Origin: an uncultured Actinomycetes bacterium
GTDB taxonomy: Bacteria > Actinomycetota > Acidimicrobiia > Spongiisociales > DATADW01
Length of the DNA: 31,824 bases
Assembly (NCBI GenBank): GCA_963824995.1
Contig: CAWGRK010000007.1
Span: forward strand, 124,001-155,824
Direction of reading: 5' to 3'
Position 1 is the first letter of the stretch. The number at the start of each line of letters is the position of its first letter. Positions 1 to 9,773 of the stretch are shown one piece after another. The notes beneath the pieces were generated by a model that saw only the letters and a list, made by a program, of their open reading frames with translations, was not told the DNA's origin and made no database searches. The translations under genes and the position numbers were made by a program.

Positions 1-1811
1 ACCGGCCGATCAAGGTCTCCTACACGAACCGGTTCGGCAGACGACGCGAGTACACCACCAGCTACGAGGGTGTGCTTCCTTTCCTCCGTCGCCGCCACTC
101 GGACGCGGAGAGCGATTCCGCCCGCGAGTACTACCAGGAGTACATGCGCGAGGTCCCGTGCGACGCTTGTGAGGGGGCCCGGCTCAACCCGATCGCCCTG
201 GCGGTGACTGTCGGCGGGACAAACATCCACCACGTGTCCACGCTCTCTTTGAGCGCAACGGCACAGTTCTTCGACGAACTCGAACTCGACGAGCGGCAAC
301 GCCACATCGCCGAGCGGGTGCTCAAGGAGATACGGGCCCGCCTCCAGTTCCTGCTCGACGTCGGGTTGGAGTACCTGTCGCTCGCCAGGGGAGCCACCAC
401 GCTTGCCGGTGGCGAGGCGCAGCGGATCCGACTCGCCACCCAGATCGGGTCGGGTCTGGTGGGAGTGCTCTACATCCTCGACGAGCCGTCGATCGGGTTG
501 CACCAGCGCGACAACCAGCGGCTCATCGAGACCCTGGTCCGATTGCGCGACATGGGGAACACGCTGATCGTGGTCGAGCACGATGAGGACACCATCCGCA
601 TCGCCGATCACATCGTGGACATCGGTCCCGGCGCCGGGGAGCACGGTGGTCGGATCGTGGCCGAGGGAAGCCTCGAAGACCTCGTCAACGAACCGGAATC
701 GATCACCGGCGACTACCTGTCGGGGCGGCGCTCCATCCCGACGCCGCCGACACGCCGCATCGGGATCGGCGGCTCGCTCACCGTGGTGGGTGCCACGGAG
801 AACAACCTCAAGGGAATGGACGTGGAGTTCCCGTTGGGGATGCTGGTGGCGGTGACCGGAGTCTCGGGGAGCGGGAAGTCGTCATTGGTGAACGACATCC
901 TCTCCAAGGCCCTCCACCACCGCCTCCACCGTGCCCGGGACCTCCCCGGACGACACCGCCGGATCTTGGGAGTGGAGCGGCTCGACAAGGTGATCGACAT
1001 CGATCAGTCGCCGATCGGCCGGACCCCCCGGTCGAACCCGGCCACCTACACCGGCGTCTTCGACCAGGTACGCAGTCTGTTCGCCTCCACGCCCGAGGCC
1101 CGGGCACGGGGTTATCTGCCCGGCCGGTTCTCCTTCAACGTCAAGGGTGGGCGGTGTGAGGCGTGCATGGGCGACGGGACGATCAAGATCGAGATGCACT
1201 TCCTTCCCGACGTCTATGTGCCGTGCGAGGTGTGCGGAGGAAAGCGGTACAACCGCGACACCCTCCAGATCCTGTGGAAGGGCCACACCATCGCCGAGGT
1301 CCTGGCGATGTCGGTCGAGGAGGCACTGGGGTTCTTCGAGAACCAGCCGAAAATCGTGCGAATCCTCCAGACCATCTATGACGTCGGATTGGGCTACATC
1401 CGATTGGGCCAGCCAGCCACCACGCTTTCGGGTGGGGAGGCGCAGCGGATCAAGCTCGCCAGCGAGTTGGGGCGGCGGTCCACCGGCCGGACCTTCTACA
1501 TACTCGATGAACCCACCACCGGGCTGCACTTCGAGGACATCCGCAAGTTGCTGGGCGTTCTGCAGCGACTGGTCGATGCCGGGAACACGGTGGTGGTCAT
1601 CGAGCACAATCTCGATGTGGTCAAGTCGGCCGACTGGGTGATCGACCTCGGTCCCGAGGGCGGCGATGAGGGTGGCAATGTGGTGGCGGTCGGCACCCCC
1701 GAGCAGATCGGCGAGGTGCCCGACAGCTATACCGGCAAATTCCTCCGCGACGTGCTGGGGGACGCCCGGGGCCACACCGATCGCCAACCCAAGGTCGTCG
1801 CCGGGGTCTAG
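1..1811 (+). CDS. uvrA: Excinuclease ABC subunit A, 3' part (5' end outside window)
   Basis: Open frame from base 3. ABC signatures [12 protein letters not shown] and [12 protein letters not shown], Walker A GVSGSGKS, Walker B YILDEP twice, zinc-finger GRCEAC...PCEVC. Confidence 0.98.
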   Translation, partial: RPIKVSYTNRFGRRREYTTSYEGVLPFLRRRHSDAESDSAREYYQEYMREVPCDACEGARLNPIALAVTVGGTNIHHVSTLSLSATAQFFDELELDERQRHIAERVLKEIRARLQFLLDVGLEYLSLARGATTLAGGEAQRIRLATQIGSGLVGVLYILDEPSIGLHQRDNQRLIETLVRLRDMGNTLIVVEHDEDTIRIADHIVDIGPGAGEHGGRIVAEGSLEDLVNEPESITGDYLSGRRSIPTPPTRRIGIGGSLTVVGATENNLKGMDVEFPLGMLVAVTGVSGSGKSSLVNDILSKALHHRLHRARDLPGRHRRILGVERLDKVIDIDQSPIGRTPRSNPATYTGVFDQVRSLFASTPEARARGYLPGRFSFNVKGGRCEACMGDGTIKIEMHFLPDVYVPCEVCGGKRYNRDTLQILWKGHTIAEVLAMSVEEALGFFENQPKIVRILQTIYDVGLGYIRLGQPATTLSGGEAQRIKLASELGRRSTGRTFYILDEPTTGLHFEDIRKLLGVLQRLVDAGNTVVVIEHNLDVVKSADWVIDLGPEGGDEGGNVVAVGTPEQIGEVPDSYTGKFLRDVLGDARGHTDRQPKVVAGV

Positions 1812-1842
1812 CCCCCGGCATCGCATCGAGCGCCGCCGGCCC

Positions 1843-2547
1843 ATGACCGAACCCTCCTGGGACCGCCTCGACTCCTGGTGGCGAGAGGAGGCTGAGCGCG
1901 ACCCCGAGTACCGATCGGAGATCTGGCCGCTGGTCATCGAACTGCTCGAGCCCGAGCCGGACCATCGCTATCTCGACCTGGGTTGCGGGTCGGGTGCGGT
2001 GATGGCGGCTCTGGTCGAGCGGGGGAGTCGGGTCGTCGGGACCGATATCTCGCTTCTGCTGCTCAGGGAGGCCGCGGCGCACGGTCCCGTGGTACAGGGA
2101 CGGCTGCCGGGTCTCGGTTGGGTGAAACCTGCCGGCTTCGACGGTGCCTGCATCTCCCTGGTGCTGGAGCACATCGAGGACGAAGTCGAACTGCTCGCCC
2201 AAACGGCGGCAGCGGTTCGCTCGGGCGGAGCGCTGGCGGCGGTACTCAACCACCCGGTCTGGACCGCACCCGGATCGTCACCGATGCTCGACGACGACGG
2301 CGAGGTGATGTGGCGTCCGGGTCGTTACTTCTCCCGCGGGTACTCCGATGACCTCGCCGGGGGAAACCCCGTTCGTTTCCACCACCGCACCATGGCGGAC
2401 CTACTCAATGCGGCGGCAGCCGCGGGGTGGATGTTGGAGCGGGTGGAAGAGCGCGGCCCCGCGCAGAGCGCGGCGAGCAACGACCCTCTGCTGGCCAAAC
2501 AGCGCCATTTCCCTCGACTGCTTGGGGTGAGGTGGCGCCGTCAATGA
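1843..2547 (+). CDS. Class I SAM-dependent methyltransferase
   Basis: Motif I YLDLGCGSG, post-I acidic GTDIS, LVLEH motif; ATG at 1843 shortly after the uvrA stop. Confidence 0.9.
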   Translation: MTEPSWDRLDSWWREEAERDPEYRSEIWPLVIELLEPEPDHRYLDLGCGSGAVMAALVERGSRVVGTDISLLLLREAAAHGPVVQGRLPGLGWVKPAGFDGACISLVLEHIEDEVELLAQTAAAVRSGGALAAVLNHPVWTAPGSSPMLDDDGEVMWRPGRYFSRGYSDDLAGGNPVRFHHRTMADLLNAAAAAGWMLERVEERGPAQSAASNDPLLAKQRHFPRLLGVRWRRQ

Positions 2548-2553
2548 CTCGGT

Positions 2554-2581
2554 ATACACCACGATGTGTAACGTGGTGTAT
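2554..2581. promoter_or_regulatory. Inverted repeat, probable VapBC autorepression operator
   Basis: Perfect 10-bp IR ATACACCACG-N8-CGTGGTGTAT ending 2 bp before the vapB ATG. Confidence 0.75.
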
Positions 2582-2583
2582 GC

Positions 2584-2832
2584 ATGGGTCGCACCAACAT
2601 CGAGATCGATGACGAATTGATCGCCCGCGTCATGCAGCGGTACGGATTACGGACCAAGCGGGAAGCGGTCGACCTGGCGCTGCGCAGAGCCGCCGGTGAG
2701 GCGATGAGCCGAGAGGAAGCACTGGCCATGCGAGGCACGGGCTGGGCGGGGGATCTCGATGCGATGCGGCAGGATCGGATGCAATGGCTCTGGGGCTGGG
2801 ACATCCCGCCTGAGCGGGAGGGGTCGTCTTGA
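2584..2832 (+). CDS. vapB: Type II TA antitoxin, VapB family
   Basis: N-terminus [15 protein letters not shown]...[11 protein letters not shown] and [12 protein letters not shown], typical of actinobacterial VapB; overlaps the vapC start (TTGA). Confidence 0.9.
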   Translation: MGRTNIEIDDELIARVMQRYGLRTKREAVDLALRRAAGEAMSREEALAMRGTGWAGDLDAMRQDRMQWLWGWDIPPEREGSS

Positions 2833-3224
2833 CCACCCTGATCGACACCTCTGCATGGATCGAGTATCTGCGCGATACGGGTTCGTCGATCTGCCTCCGG
2901 GTCGACGCACTCATAGGAGATGAGTCGCCTATCGCTACATGCGACCTTGTCATGCTGGAGTTGCTCGCTGGAGCGCGTACCCCCGGCGAGAATCGGACAC
3001 TGGCTCGGCTGCTCAACCGATGCCGGCTGTTGCCGGTCCGTCCGCTATTCGACTATGAGGCGGCAGCTCGCATCTACCAACGCTGCCGCCATTCGGGTGT
3101 CACACCGCGCACGCTGTCCGACTGCCTGGTTGCGGCGGTGGCAACGCGAGCCGAAGTCCCGCTGCTCCACGCCGACGCCGACTTCGATCGCATGGCCCCC
3201 GTGATCGGGTTGCAGCTGGCCTGA
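2829..3224 (+). CDS. vapC: Type II TA toxin, VapC PIN-domain ribonuclease
   Basis: PIN acidic residues in [21 protein letters not shown] and HADADFD. Confidence 0.93.
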   Translation: MTTLIDTSAWIEYLRDTGSSICLRVDALIGDESPIATCDLVMLELLAGARTPGENRTLARLLNRCRLLPVRPLFDYEAAARIYQRCRHSGVTPRTLSDCLVAAVATRAEVPLLHADADFDRMAPVIGLQLA

Positions 3225-3258
3225 GCAACCTTCACCAGCCAATACGCTCTTGATCGCG

Positions 3259-5082
3259 ATGCAGCGACCAGTCACCTCGACCATCCCCGATGCTCCGGGT
3301 GCCTATCTGTGGCGTGACCGTGACGGCCGGGTGCTCTATGTGGGCAAGGCGAATTCGCTCCGCAAGCGGATCATCTCCTACTTCACCCGCGACCTCGAGG
3401 TGAGGACCCAGGCGATGGTCGATGCCGCCACCAACGTGGACTGGATCGTGACCGACAGCGAGGTGTCGGCGGTCATGCTCGAATACTCGCTGATCAAGGA
3501 GCACCGCCCCAGATTCAACATCAGGCTCCGGGACGACAAGAGCTACCCCTATCTGGCGATCACCCGATCCGACCGGTGGCCCCGGGCCAGAGTGATGAGG
3601 GGCAGACGGCGCAGAGGCACCCAGTATTTCGGGCCATACGCCCACACCTACGCCATCCGGAAAACGCTCGATCAGCTCCTCCGCACCTTTCCGGTGCGCA
3701 CCTGCTCGGACAGCCTGTTCCGCCGTCAGGAGGCGATGGGGCGTCCTTGTCTCCTCTATCACATAGAGAAGTGCTCCGGCCCATGCATCGATGCGGTGAC
3801 CGATGAGGAGTATCAGGCCTACGTCGACGGGTTGGCCGCCTTCCTCCAGGGCGACACCGACGCGGTGATAGCCGAGATGCGGCGGGAGATGTTCGTTGCG
3901 GCCGACGTCCAGGAGTACGAAGTGGCGGCCCGGTTCCGCGACCGGATCATGGATGTGGAACGTGCCCTGGCCCGACAGGAGGTCGTGACCGACCGGTCCG
4001 AGGACCTCGACCTGGTAGCGCTCGAGGACGACCCGCTCGAGGCGTCACTCCAGGTGATCAAGGTCCGGCGTGGCCGGGTGGTGGGAAACCTGAGCACCGT
4101 GCTCGACCGGGTAGAAGACGTCACCCGCCCCGAGTTGTTCGGCTCGGTGCTGCGCGAGCTCTACGGGGAGGAGTCGCCACCCCGGACGGTGCTGGTAGAG
4201 GAGCTACCTCCCGATAACGACCTGTGGGAGGCGTGGCTCGCCGAAAGGCGAGGCGGCCCCGTGGAGCTCCGGGTGCCCCAGCGTGGCGCCAAGCGGCGGC
4301 TCATGGAGACCACCAGAGCGAACGCCGTCGAGGCTTTCGCTCGACACCGGATGCGCCGCCAGTCGGACCACAACGCCAGGGCGCAGGCGCTGCGCAGTCT
4401 GCAGGATGTACTCGACCTGCCCGATGCGCCGCTTCGGATAGAGGCCTATGACATCGCCACACTCCAAGGCGGTGACACGGTCGGCTCGATGGTGGTGCTC
4501 GAGGACGGTCTGCCGAAGCGTTCCGACTACCGCCGTTTCCGGGTCCGTTCCGTGGAAGGGCAGGACGACTTCGCCTCGATGGAAGAGGTGCTCCGCCGGC
4601 GCCTGCTCGCCTACCTGCGCGAGGTCGACCAGTCGGCGACCAGAAGAGGACGCTTTTCCTACCCGCCCTCATTGATCCTCGTGGACGGGGGTGCCGGTCA
4701 GCTCAGCCGGGCAGAGAAGGTCCTCGACGAACTCGGGCTGAACATACCGGCAGCGGGGCTGGCCAAGAGGATGGAGGAGGTGTACCTACCAGGCCGGCCC
4801 GAGCCGTTGCGGATTCCCCGCGATCAGGAAGCCCTTTACCTGCTGCAGAGGGTGCGCGACGAGGCCCACCGCTTCGCCAACACCTATCACCAGACACTCC
4901 GCTCCAAGTCGATGATCGACTCGGTACTCGACGAAGTTCCCGGGCTCGGCCCGGTCCGCAAGAAGGCGCTTCTCAGGAGGTTCGGTTCGCTCAAGCGGCT
5001 CCGTTCCGCCGAGATGGCCGAGTTGGCCGAGGTCGTCCCGGATGGGGTGGCGCAGTCGCTCTACGCTGCCCTCCATGGCTGA
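3259..5082 (+). CDS. uvrC: Excinuclease ABC subunit C
   Basis: GIY-YIG-like N-terminus (PGAYLW..LYVGKANSLRKR..RFNIRLRDDKSYPY), RNase H-like domain (RIEAYD, LVDGGAGQL, RVRDEAHRFA), HhH VPGLGP. Alternative TTG start at 3250. Confidence 0.97.
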   Translation: MQRPVTSTIPDAPGAYLWRDRDGRVLYVGKANSLRKRIISYFTRDLEVRTQAMVDAATNVDWIVTDSEVSAVMLEYSLIKEHRPRFNIRLRDDKSYPYLAITRSDRWPRARVMRGRRRRGTQYFGPYAHTYAIRKTLDQLLRTFPVRTCSDSLFRRQEAMGRPCLLYHIEKCSGPCIDAVTDEEYQAYVDGLAAFLQGDTDAVIAEMRREMFVAADVQEYEVAARFRDRIMDVERALARQEVVTDRSEDLDLVALEDDPLEASLQVIKVRRGRVVGNLSTVLDRVEDVTRPELFGSVLRELYGEESPPRTVLVEELPPDNDLWEAWLAERRGGPVELRVPQRGAKRRLMETTRANAVEAFARHRMRRQSDHNARAQALRSLQDVLDLPDAPLRIEAYDIATLQGGDTVGSMVVLEDGLPKRSDYRRFRVRSVEGQDDFASMEEVLRRRLLAYLREVDQSATRRGRFSYPPSLILVDGGAGQLSRAEKVLDELGLNIPAAGLAKRMEEVYLPGRPEPLRIPRDQEALYLLQRVRDEAHRFANTYHQTLRSKSMIDSVLDEVPGLGPVRKKALLRRFGSLKRLRSAEMAELAEVVPDGVAQSLYAALHG

Positions 5083-5983
5083 CGTCGTGATCCCGTCCAC
5101 GGAGCACACCGGGACAGCCGCCACCGCATCGCCGCCCAGGGTCATGGTCCTGACCGGGATGGCGGGTGCCGGGCGTTCGACGGTGGCCAAGGTGCTCGAG
5201 GATCTTGGCTTCTTCGTGATCGACAACCTTCCTCCGGGCCTGATGGGCGATGTCGTGGCGCTCAACGACGTGCCCGAGGGTCGGAGGCGGCTGGCGGTCG
5301 TGGTCGATTCCCGCGGTGGCCTCCCCTCCGACGAGCTACAGGACGTGGTCAACCGGCTGCGCGCCGCCGGGGTCGAAACCACCGTCCTCTTCGTGGACGC
5401 CGACGATGCCGCACTGGTGCGCCGCTACTCGGAGAGCCGTCGCCCCCACCCGGTGCCCGCCGCCACCATCACGGATTCGATCGCCGCCGAGCGCGCCCTC
5501 CTCGGTGAGATACGGGAGACCGCCGACCTGGTGATCGATACCACGGACACCAACGTCCATCAGCTGCGTCGGCAGGTGGAGGAGCGGTTCCGCGACCAAC
5601 CGGTCAGCCAGCCGATGCAGGTGGCGCTGGTCTCTTTCGGGTACAAGCACGGTATCCCCCGTGAGGCAGACCTCGTCTTCGATTGCCGGTTTCTCCCCAA
5701 TCCGCACTGGGTCCCGGAGCTGAGGCCGCAGACGGGTAAGGACGTCGCCGTGGCCGAGTACGTCATGGGAAACCCCGATGCGGTCGCATTCCTGGAACGC
5801 GTGGAGGATCTGCTCACCTTCCTGATACCCCGGTTCCGCGAGGAGGCGAAGTCGTATCTCACCATCGGCATCGGGTGCACCGGTGGCCGGCACCGCTCGG
5901 TCACTCTCGCCGAGGAGTTGCGCCGCTGGCTGGAGGAGCACGACATCGCCGCCACCATCCAGCACCGGGACATCGACAGGTGA
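5075..5983 (+). CDS. rapZ: RNase adapter RapZ / YvcJ P-loop protein
   Basis: TGMAGAGRS, IDNLPP, SFGYKHGIP, DCRFLPNPHW, IGCTGGRHRS; overlaps the uvrC stop. Confidence 0.96.
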   Translation: MADVVIPSTEHTGTAATASPPRVMVLTGMAGAGRSTVAKVLEDLGFFVIDNLPPGLMGDVVALNDVPEGRRRLAVVVDSRGGLPSDELQDVVNRLRAAGVETTVLFVDADDAALVRRYSESRRPHPVPAATITDSIAAERALLGEIRETADLVIDTTDTNVHQLRRQVEERFRDQPVSQPMQVALVSFGYKHGIPREADLVFDCRFLPNPHWVPELRPQTGKDVAVAEYVMGNPDAVAFLERVEDLLTFLIPRFREEAKSYLTIGIGCTGGRHRSVTLAEELRRWLEEHDIAATIQHRDIDR

Positions 5984-6966
5984 ACCAAGTCATCACCGAG
6001 TCCGAAGTCATGTTGGAACCGCTACGTCTCGACGAGAGCGGCCCTCGGGTGGTGGCTCTGGGGGGCGGTCATGGTTTGGCCAGAGCGCTCGAGGCGGTGC
6101 AGAGCTACGCCGGATCAATCACGGCTGTGGTGACGGTGAGCGATGACGGTGGATCTTCGGGGCGGCTCAGCGGCGACTTCGGCATCCCGCCGCCCGGTGA
6201 TATCAGGCGGTGTCTGCTGGCACTGAGCCCCGAGCCGACCGTGTGGGGCGAGGTATTCGCCCACCGCTTCGACACCGGCGATGTCGCCGGCCACTCGATG
6301 GGGAATCTCATCCTCGCCACGCTCAGCGAGCTCCTCGGCGGGTTCGACTCGGCCATTCGGGCCGCCGAGGCGTTGCTGGGAGCGGTGGGCCATGTCGTCC
6401 CTGTGGCATGTCAGCCGCTGGTGATGGAAGCGAAGATCGCTGGTGCCACCGTCGTCGGCCAGGCGGCGATCACCAAGGCCCGCGGTGGGATCGAATCACT
6501 GTCGCTCGTTCCCGGTGACGTGGCAGCCAACTCGCGCGCCCTCGAGGCGATAGCGGCCGCCGACCAGATCATCCTCGGCCCGGGGAGCCTCTATACGTCG
6601 GTGCTGTCGGTCCTGGTTGTCCCTGGAATCGCTGAGGCGGTCAACTCCTCGCCGGCCCAACGGGTGGCTGTGCTCAACCTCATCACCCAGGACGGTGAGA
6701 CCCTCGGGATGAAGGCTCTCGACCACCTCGACGTGCTCAGCAGGCTCGGAGGAATAGTCGGGGGGGCGGTCGTCGCCCAGGACGGACCGCTCGATATCCC
6801 GCCGGGGCATGATCAGCTGTTCCTGGATCGACATGAGGCGGCGGCCCTGGGTTGGGAGATGAAGGCGGCCCGGGTGCACGACCCAGAGGCCGAATGGCCC
6901 CAACACGACCCGATCCGGCTCGGCGAGGTACTGGCTGCGCTGGCGGCGGAGAGGAGAAGCCGTTGA
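5980..6966 (+). CDS. yvcK: YvcK/GlmR (CofD-like) UDP-GlcNAc-binding protein
   Basis: GGGHGL, TVSDDGGSSGRL, PPGDIR, GHSMGNL, GPGSLYTS; GTGA overlap with rapZ. Confidence 0.94.
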   Translation: MNQVITESEVMLEPLRLDESGPRVVALGGGHGLARALEAVQSYAGSITAVVTVSDDGGSSGRLSGDFGIPPPGDIRRCLLALSPEPTVWGEVFAHRFDTGDVAGHSMGNLILATLSELLGGFDSAIRAAEALLGAVGHVVPVACQPLVMEAKIAGATVVGQAAITKARGGIESLSLVPGDVAANSRALEAIAAADQIILGPGSLYTSVLSVLVVPGIAEAVNSSPAQRVAVLNLITQDGETLGMKALDHLDVLSRLGGIVGGAVVAQDGPLDIPPGHDQLFLDRHEAAALGWEMKAARVHDPEAEWPQHDPIRLGEVLAALAAERRSR

Positions 6967-8138
6967 GCGATGTGCCGGCACTCGACGATGTCGACATCCC
7001 AGGACGGGTCCTGGTACGAGCCGACCTGAACGTTCCGCTCGACGATGGGAAGGTGGTCGACGACTTCAGGATCGTCTCCAGCCTGCCCACCATCGAACGG
7101 CTCCGGTCGGAGGGGTCGGTGGTGACGGTTTGCAGCCATTTGGGACGGCCGAAAGGGCCGGATCCCGCCTTTCGGATGGACCCTGTCGCCGCTCGACTCT
7201 CCGAGCTTGGTGGTTTCCCGGTCACCAAGCTCGATGTCGTCGCCGGCGAGGCGGCGGAGCGGGCGGTGAGTGAGGCCTCACCGGGTGACGTCATCCTGTT
7301 GGAAAACACCCGGTTCGAGCCGGGGGAGACCAAGAACGACGCGGCGCTCGCCGAGCGGCTGGCACGACTGGGGGAGTTGTTCGTCCTCGACGCGTTCGGC
7401 TCGGCACACCGCGCACACGCCTCCACTGTCGGGGTGACGGATCACATCCGTTCCGTGGGTGGGCCGCTGCTCTTGGCCGAGGTCGAGGCATTCGGCCGGC
7501 TGCTCGACTCGCCTGACACTCCCTACATCGTCGTTCTGGGCGGCGCCAAGGTGTCGGACAAGCTCGGTGTGATTGGGTCGCTGCTGCCACGGGTGGACAT
7601 GCTGCTGATCGGCGGCGGGATGTGCTTCACCCTGCTGGCCGCGCAGGGCCACGAGGTGGGGAATTCGCTTCTCGAGGCGGACAGGATCGAAGAGGTGAAG
7701 GGAATCCTTCAGGGTGAGCACGGCGACAAGATCGTGCTCCCCACCGACATAGTGGTGGGAGACCGCTTCGAGGAGGGTGCGTCCCCTTCGGTCGTCAACA
7801 TCGAAGACCTTGCGAAAGTCGGGCTCGACATCGGGCCGGAGACCGCAGAGCGGTTCGCCGCCGAGATCGCATCCGCCGCCACCGTATTCTGGAATGGCCC
7901 CATGGGGGTGTTCGAGTGGGACTCCTTCGCCGCCGGTACCCGCCGAGTGGCCGAGGCGATCGCCGAGCATCCCGGGTTCACCGTGGTGGGTGGCGGCGAC
8001 TCCGTGGCCGCAATGCGACAGTTCGGGCTGGAGGGGCGGGTCTCGCATCTCTCCACGGGGGGAGGGGCCGGTCTCGAGATGCTCGAGGGAGCCACCCTGC
8101 CCGGCGTGACCGCCTTGGAGCGATGGGGAGAGAACTGA
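6963..8138 (+). CDS. pgk: Phosphoglycerate kinase
   Basis: RADLNVP, SHLGRPKG, LLENTRF, GGAKVSDK, WNGPMGVFE, GGGDS, HLSTGGGA; TTG start overlapping the yvcK stop. Confidence 0.98.
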   Translation: MSDVPALDDVDIPGRVLVRADLNVPLDDGKVVDDFRIVSSLPTIERLRSEGSVVTVCSHLGRPKGPDPAFRMDPVAARLSELGGFPVTKLDVVAGEAAERAVSEASPGDVILLENTRFEPGETKNDAALAERLARLGELFVLDAFGSAHRAHASTVGVTDHIRSVGGPLLLAEVEAFGRLLDSPDTPYIVVLGGAKVSDKLGVIGSLLPRVDMLLIGGGMCFTLLAAQGHEVGNSLLEADRIEEVKGILQGEHGDKIVLPTDIVVGDRFEEGASPSVVNIEDLAKVGLDIGPETAERFAAEIASAATVFWNGPMGVFEWDSFAAGTRRVAEAIAEHPGFTVVGGGDSVAAMRQFGLEGRVSHLSTGGGAGLEMLEGATLPGVTALERWGEN

Positions 8139-8911
8139 TGGACCGCAAACCGCTCATCGCCGGCAATTGGAAGATGCACGCCACGCATCTCCAGGCGATC
8201 CAGATGGTGCAGAAGCTCAGCTACCGGCTCGACCCCGACTGCTACGAGCGCGTCGATGTTGTCGTCTGCCCCCCGGCGACTGCGCTGCGCTCGGTGCAGA
8301 CCGTCATCGAGACCGACCACATGAGCATCGGCCTCGGTGCACAGAACTGCTACTGGGAGGAGAAGGGCGCATTCACCGGTGAGATCTCGCCGGCGATGCT
8401 GGCCAAGCTCGACGTCGGCCATGTCATCGCCGGCCATTCCGAGCGGCGCCAGCTTCTCGGAGAGACCGATGACATGGTGAACCGCAAGGTGAAGGCCATC
8501 CTGGCCCACTCGATGGGCGCCATCCTCTGTGTCGGTGAGACGCTGCAGCAACGCGAGGAAGAGCTCACCGCCGACGTTGTGACGAGTCAGGTCCAAGCGG
8601 GCCTGCGTGGGATCGGAGCCGAATCGGCAGGTTCGATCGCCATTGCCTACGAGCCGATCTGGGCGATCGGGACCGGCCGCAACGCATCGGCCGACGATGC
8701 CGCCGAGACCATCGACGTGATCCGGGCCAAGGTGGGGGGAATCTGGGGCGACGACGCCGCGGCGACCCTCCGGATCCTCTACGGAGGCTCGGTCAACCCG
8801 GGCAACATCGCCGGCTTCATGGCGAAACGCGGCATCGACGGAGCTCTGGTCGGCGGCGCCTCGCTCGAGCCCGACACCTTCGCCGCCGTTGTTCAGTATT
8901 GGAAGGGATAG
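8138..8911 (+). CDS. tpiA: Triosephosphate isomerase
   Basis: AGNWKM, GHSERR, AYEPIWAIGTG, LYGGSV, GALVGGASL; TGATG coupling with pgk. Confidence 0.98.
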   Translation: MDRKPLIAGNWKMHATHLQAIQMVQKLSYRLDPDCYERVDVVVCPPATALRSVQTVIETDHMSIGLGAQNCYWEEKGAFTGEISPAMLAKLDVGHVIAGHSERRQLLGETDDMVNRKVKAILAHSMGAILCVGETLQQREEELTADVVTSQVQAGLRGIGAESAGSIAIAYEPIWAIGTGRNASADDAAETIDVIRAKVGGIWGDDAAATLRILYGGSVNPGNIAGFMAKRGIDGALVGGASLEPDTFAAVVQYWKG

Positions 8912-8939
8912 ACGGAAGACGGAAGTAACTCCGTCTGAA

Positions 8940-8985
8940 TCATCAATCCTGACGATGACACCAGCGCGTCTGAGACGCAGGATTG
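8940..8985 (+). repeat. Copy 1 of a duplicated 46-47 bp element (promoter/operator or structured RNA)
   Basis: TCATCAATCCTGACGATGACACCAGCGCGTCTGAGACGCAGGATTG; matches 9681-9727. Confidence 0.85.
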
Positions 8986-9024
8986 AGGGATGAAACCACA
9001 CGACACCAAGGGGTTGAAGTCCTG

Positions 9025-9171
9025 ATGGCGTTGCGGAAACAGATTTCCCTGGTCTGGTACGACGGCCAATTTGGTATTGACGCAAACAGGATCGAGCGTC
9101 AGCCAAAGCCGGCGCGCCCGGTTCACCACCTCGCCGCTGTCTTGGCCAATGCGCACCTTGTTCGCTGGTAG
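9025..9171 (+). CDS. Putative 48-aa small protein
   Basis: ATG preceded by AAGGGG, just downstream of repeat copy 1; no recognisable motif. Confidence 0.35.
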   Translation: MALRKQISLVWYDGQFGIDANRIERQPKPARPVHHLAAVLANAHLVRW

Positions 9172-9294
9172 GCGTTCATCCCGCTGGCGCCGTCGTCGCA
9201 GGTTGGCTCGCGCTTGGCGAGGCGACGATCGCACCTACTCGTCGTCCCGCATGGGGCGGCGCTGCGGCTTGTCCCCCGTTGGAGCAACCTGAAA

Positions 9295-9561
9295 ATGGAT
9301 AAGAACCAAGCCGACAAGAATTTCAACCTGAAGGTATGGGCGATCATCCTGCGCTTCGTCCAAGCATCGCTCGCCCTATGGGTAGGCGTCGCCATCTCTT
9401 TGACGATCGACAGCTTGGACACCCGTAACGGCGAGTCCTCGAATTGGGTGGCGTGGATGCTGGTGATCGTCGCGTTCATGTGGATCGTGTGGATCCTTCA
9501 ACGACATGTCCATCATGCCCGCATCGACCAACAGACTGAGCACGAACCCATCAACTCCTGA
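9295..9561 (+). CDS. Hypothetical small membrane protein (2 predicted TM helices)
   Basis: GGAG upstream of the ATG; two hydrophobic segments (WAIILRFVQASLALWVGVAISL; WVAWMLVIVAFMWIVWIL). Confidence 0.6.
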   Translation: MDKNQADKNFNLKVWAIILRFVQASLALWVGVAISLTIDSLDTRNGESSNWVAWMLVIVAFMWIVWILQRHVHHARIDQQTEHEPINS

Positions 9562-9680
9562 GGTCCGCCCGCGTTCCTCCGCGGCAGGCTCCTCCTAGAA
9601 CACTACGAACCGGTGAAGGTCTCTCGATTGATCGCGGACGCCATTTTGCTCGTCCCAGCTAACCCAAAGGCGTTTCAAAC

Positions 9681-9727
9681 TCATCAATCCTGATGATGAC
9701 ACCAGCGGGCCTGTCGAGGCAGGATTG
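9681..9727 (+). repeat. Copy 2 of the duplicated element
   Basis: TCATCAATCCTGATGATGACACCAGCGGGCCTGTCGAGGCAGGATTG; matches 8940-8985. Confidence 0.85.
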
Positions 9728-9773
9728 CTCGGAGGTACACCGCTCGACCAGCAGAAATGGAGAAGGTACAACC

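Noticed and set aside
8944..8985. Hammerhead ribozyme (CUGANGA follows a stem in both repeat copies)
   Set aside because: No GAAA or UH core at the required positions and no credible stem II.
7709..9106. Long antisense ORFs opposite pgk/tpiA (likewise 882-1937, 19906-20682, 26347-27606)
   Set aside because: Shadow frames expected opposite high-GC genes.
9600..9672. c-di-AMP (ydaO) riboswitch suggested by CAGCTAACCC
   Set aside because: The upstream conserved blocks (GCUGAAUC, GGGGUGAAU) are absent.
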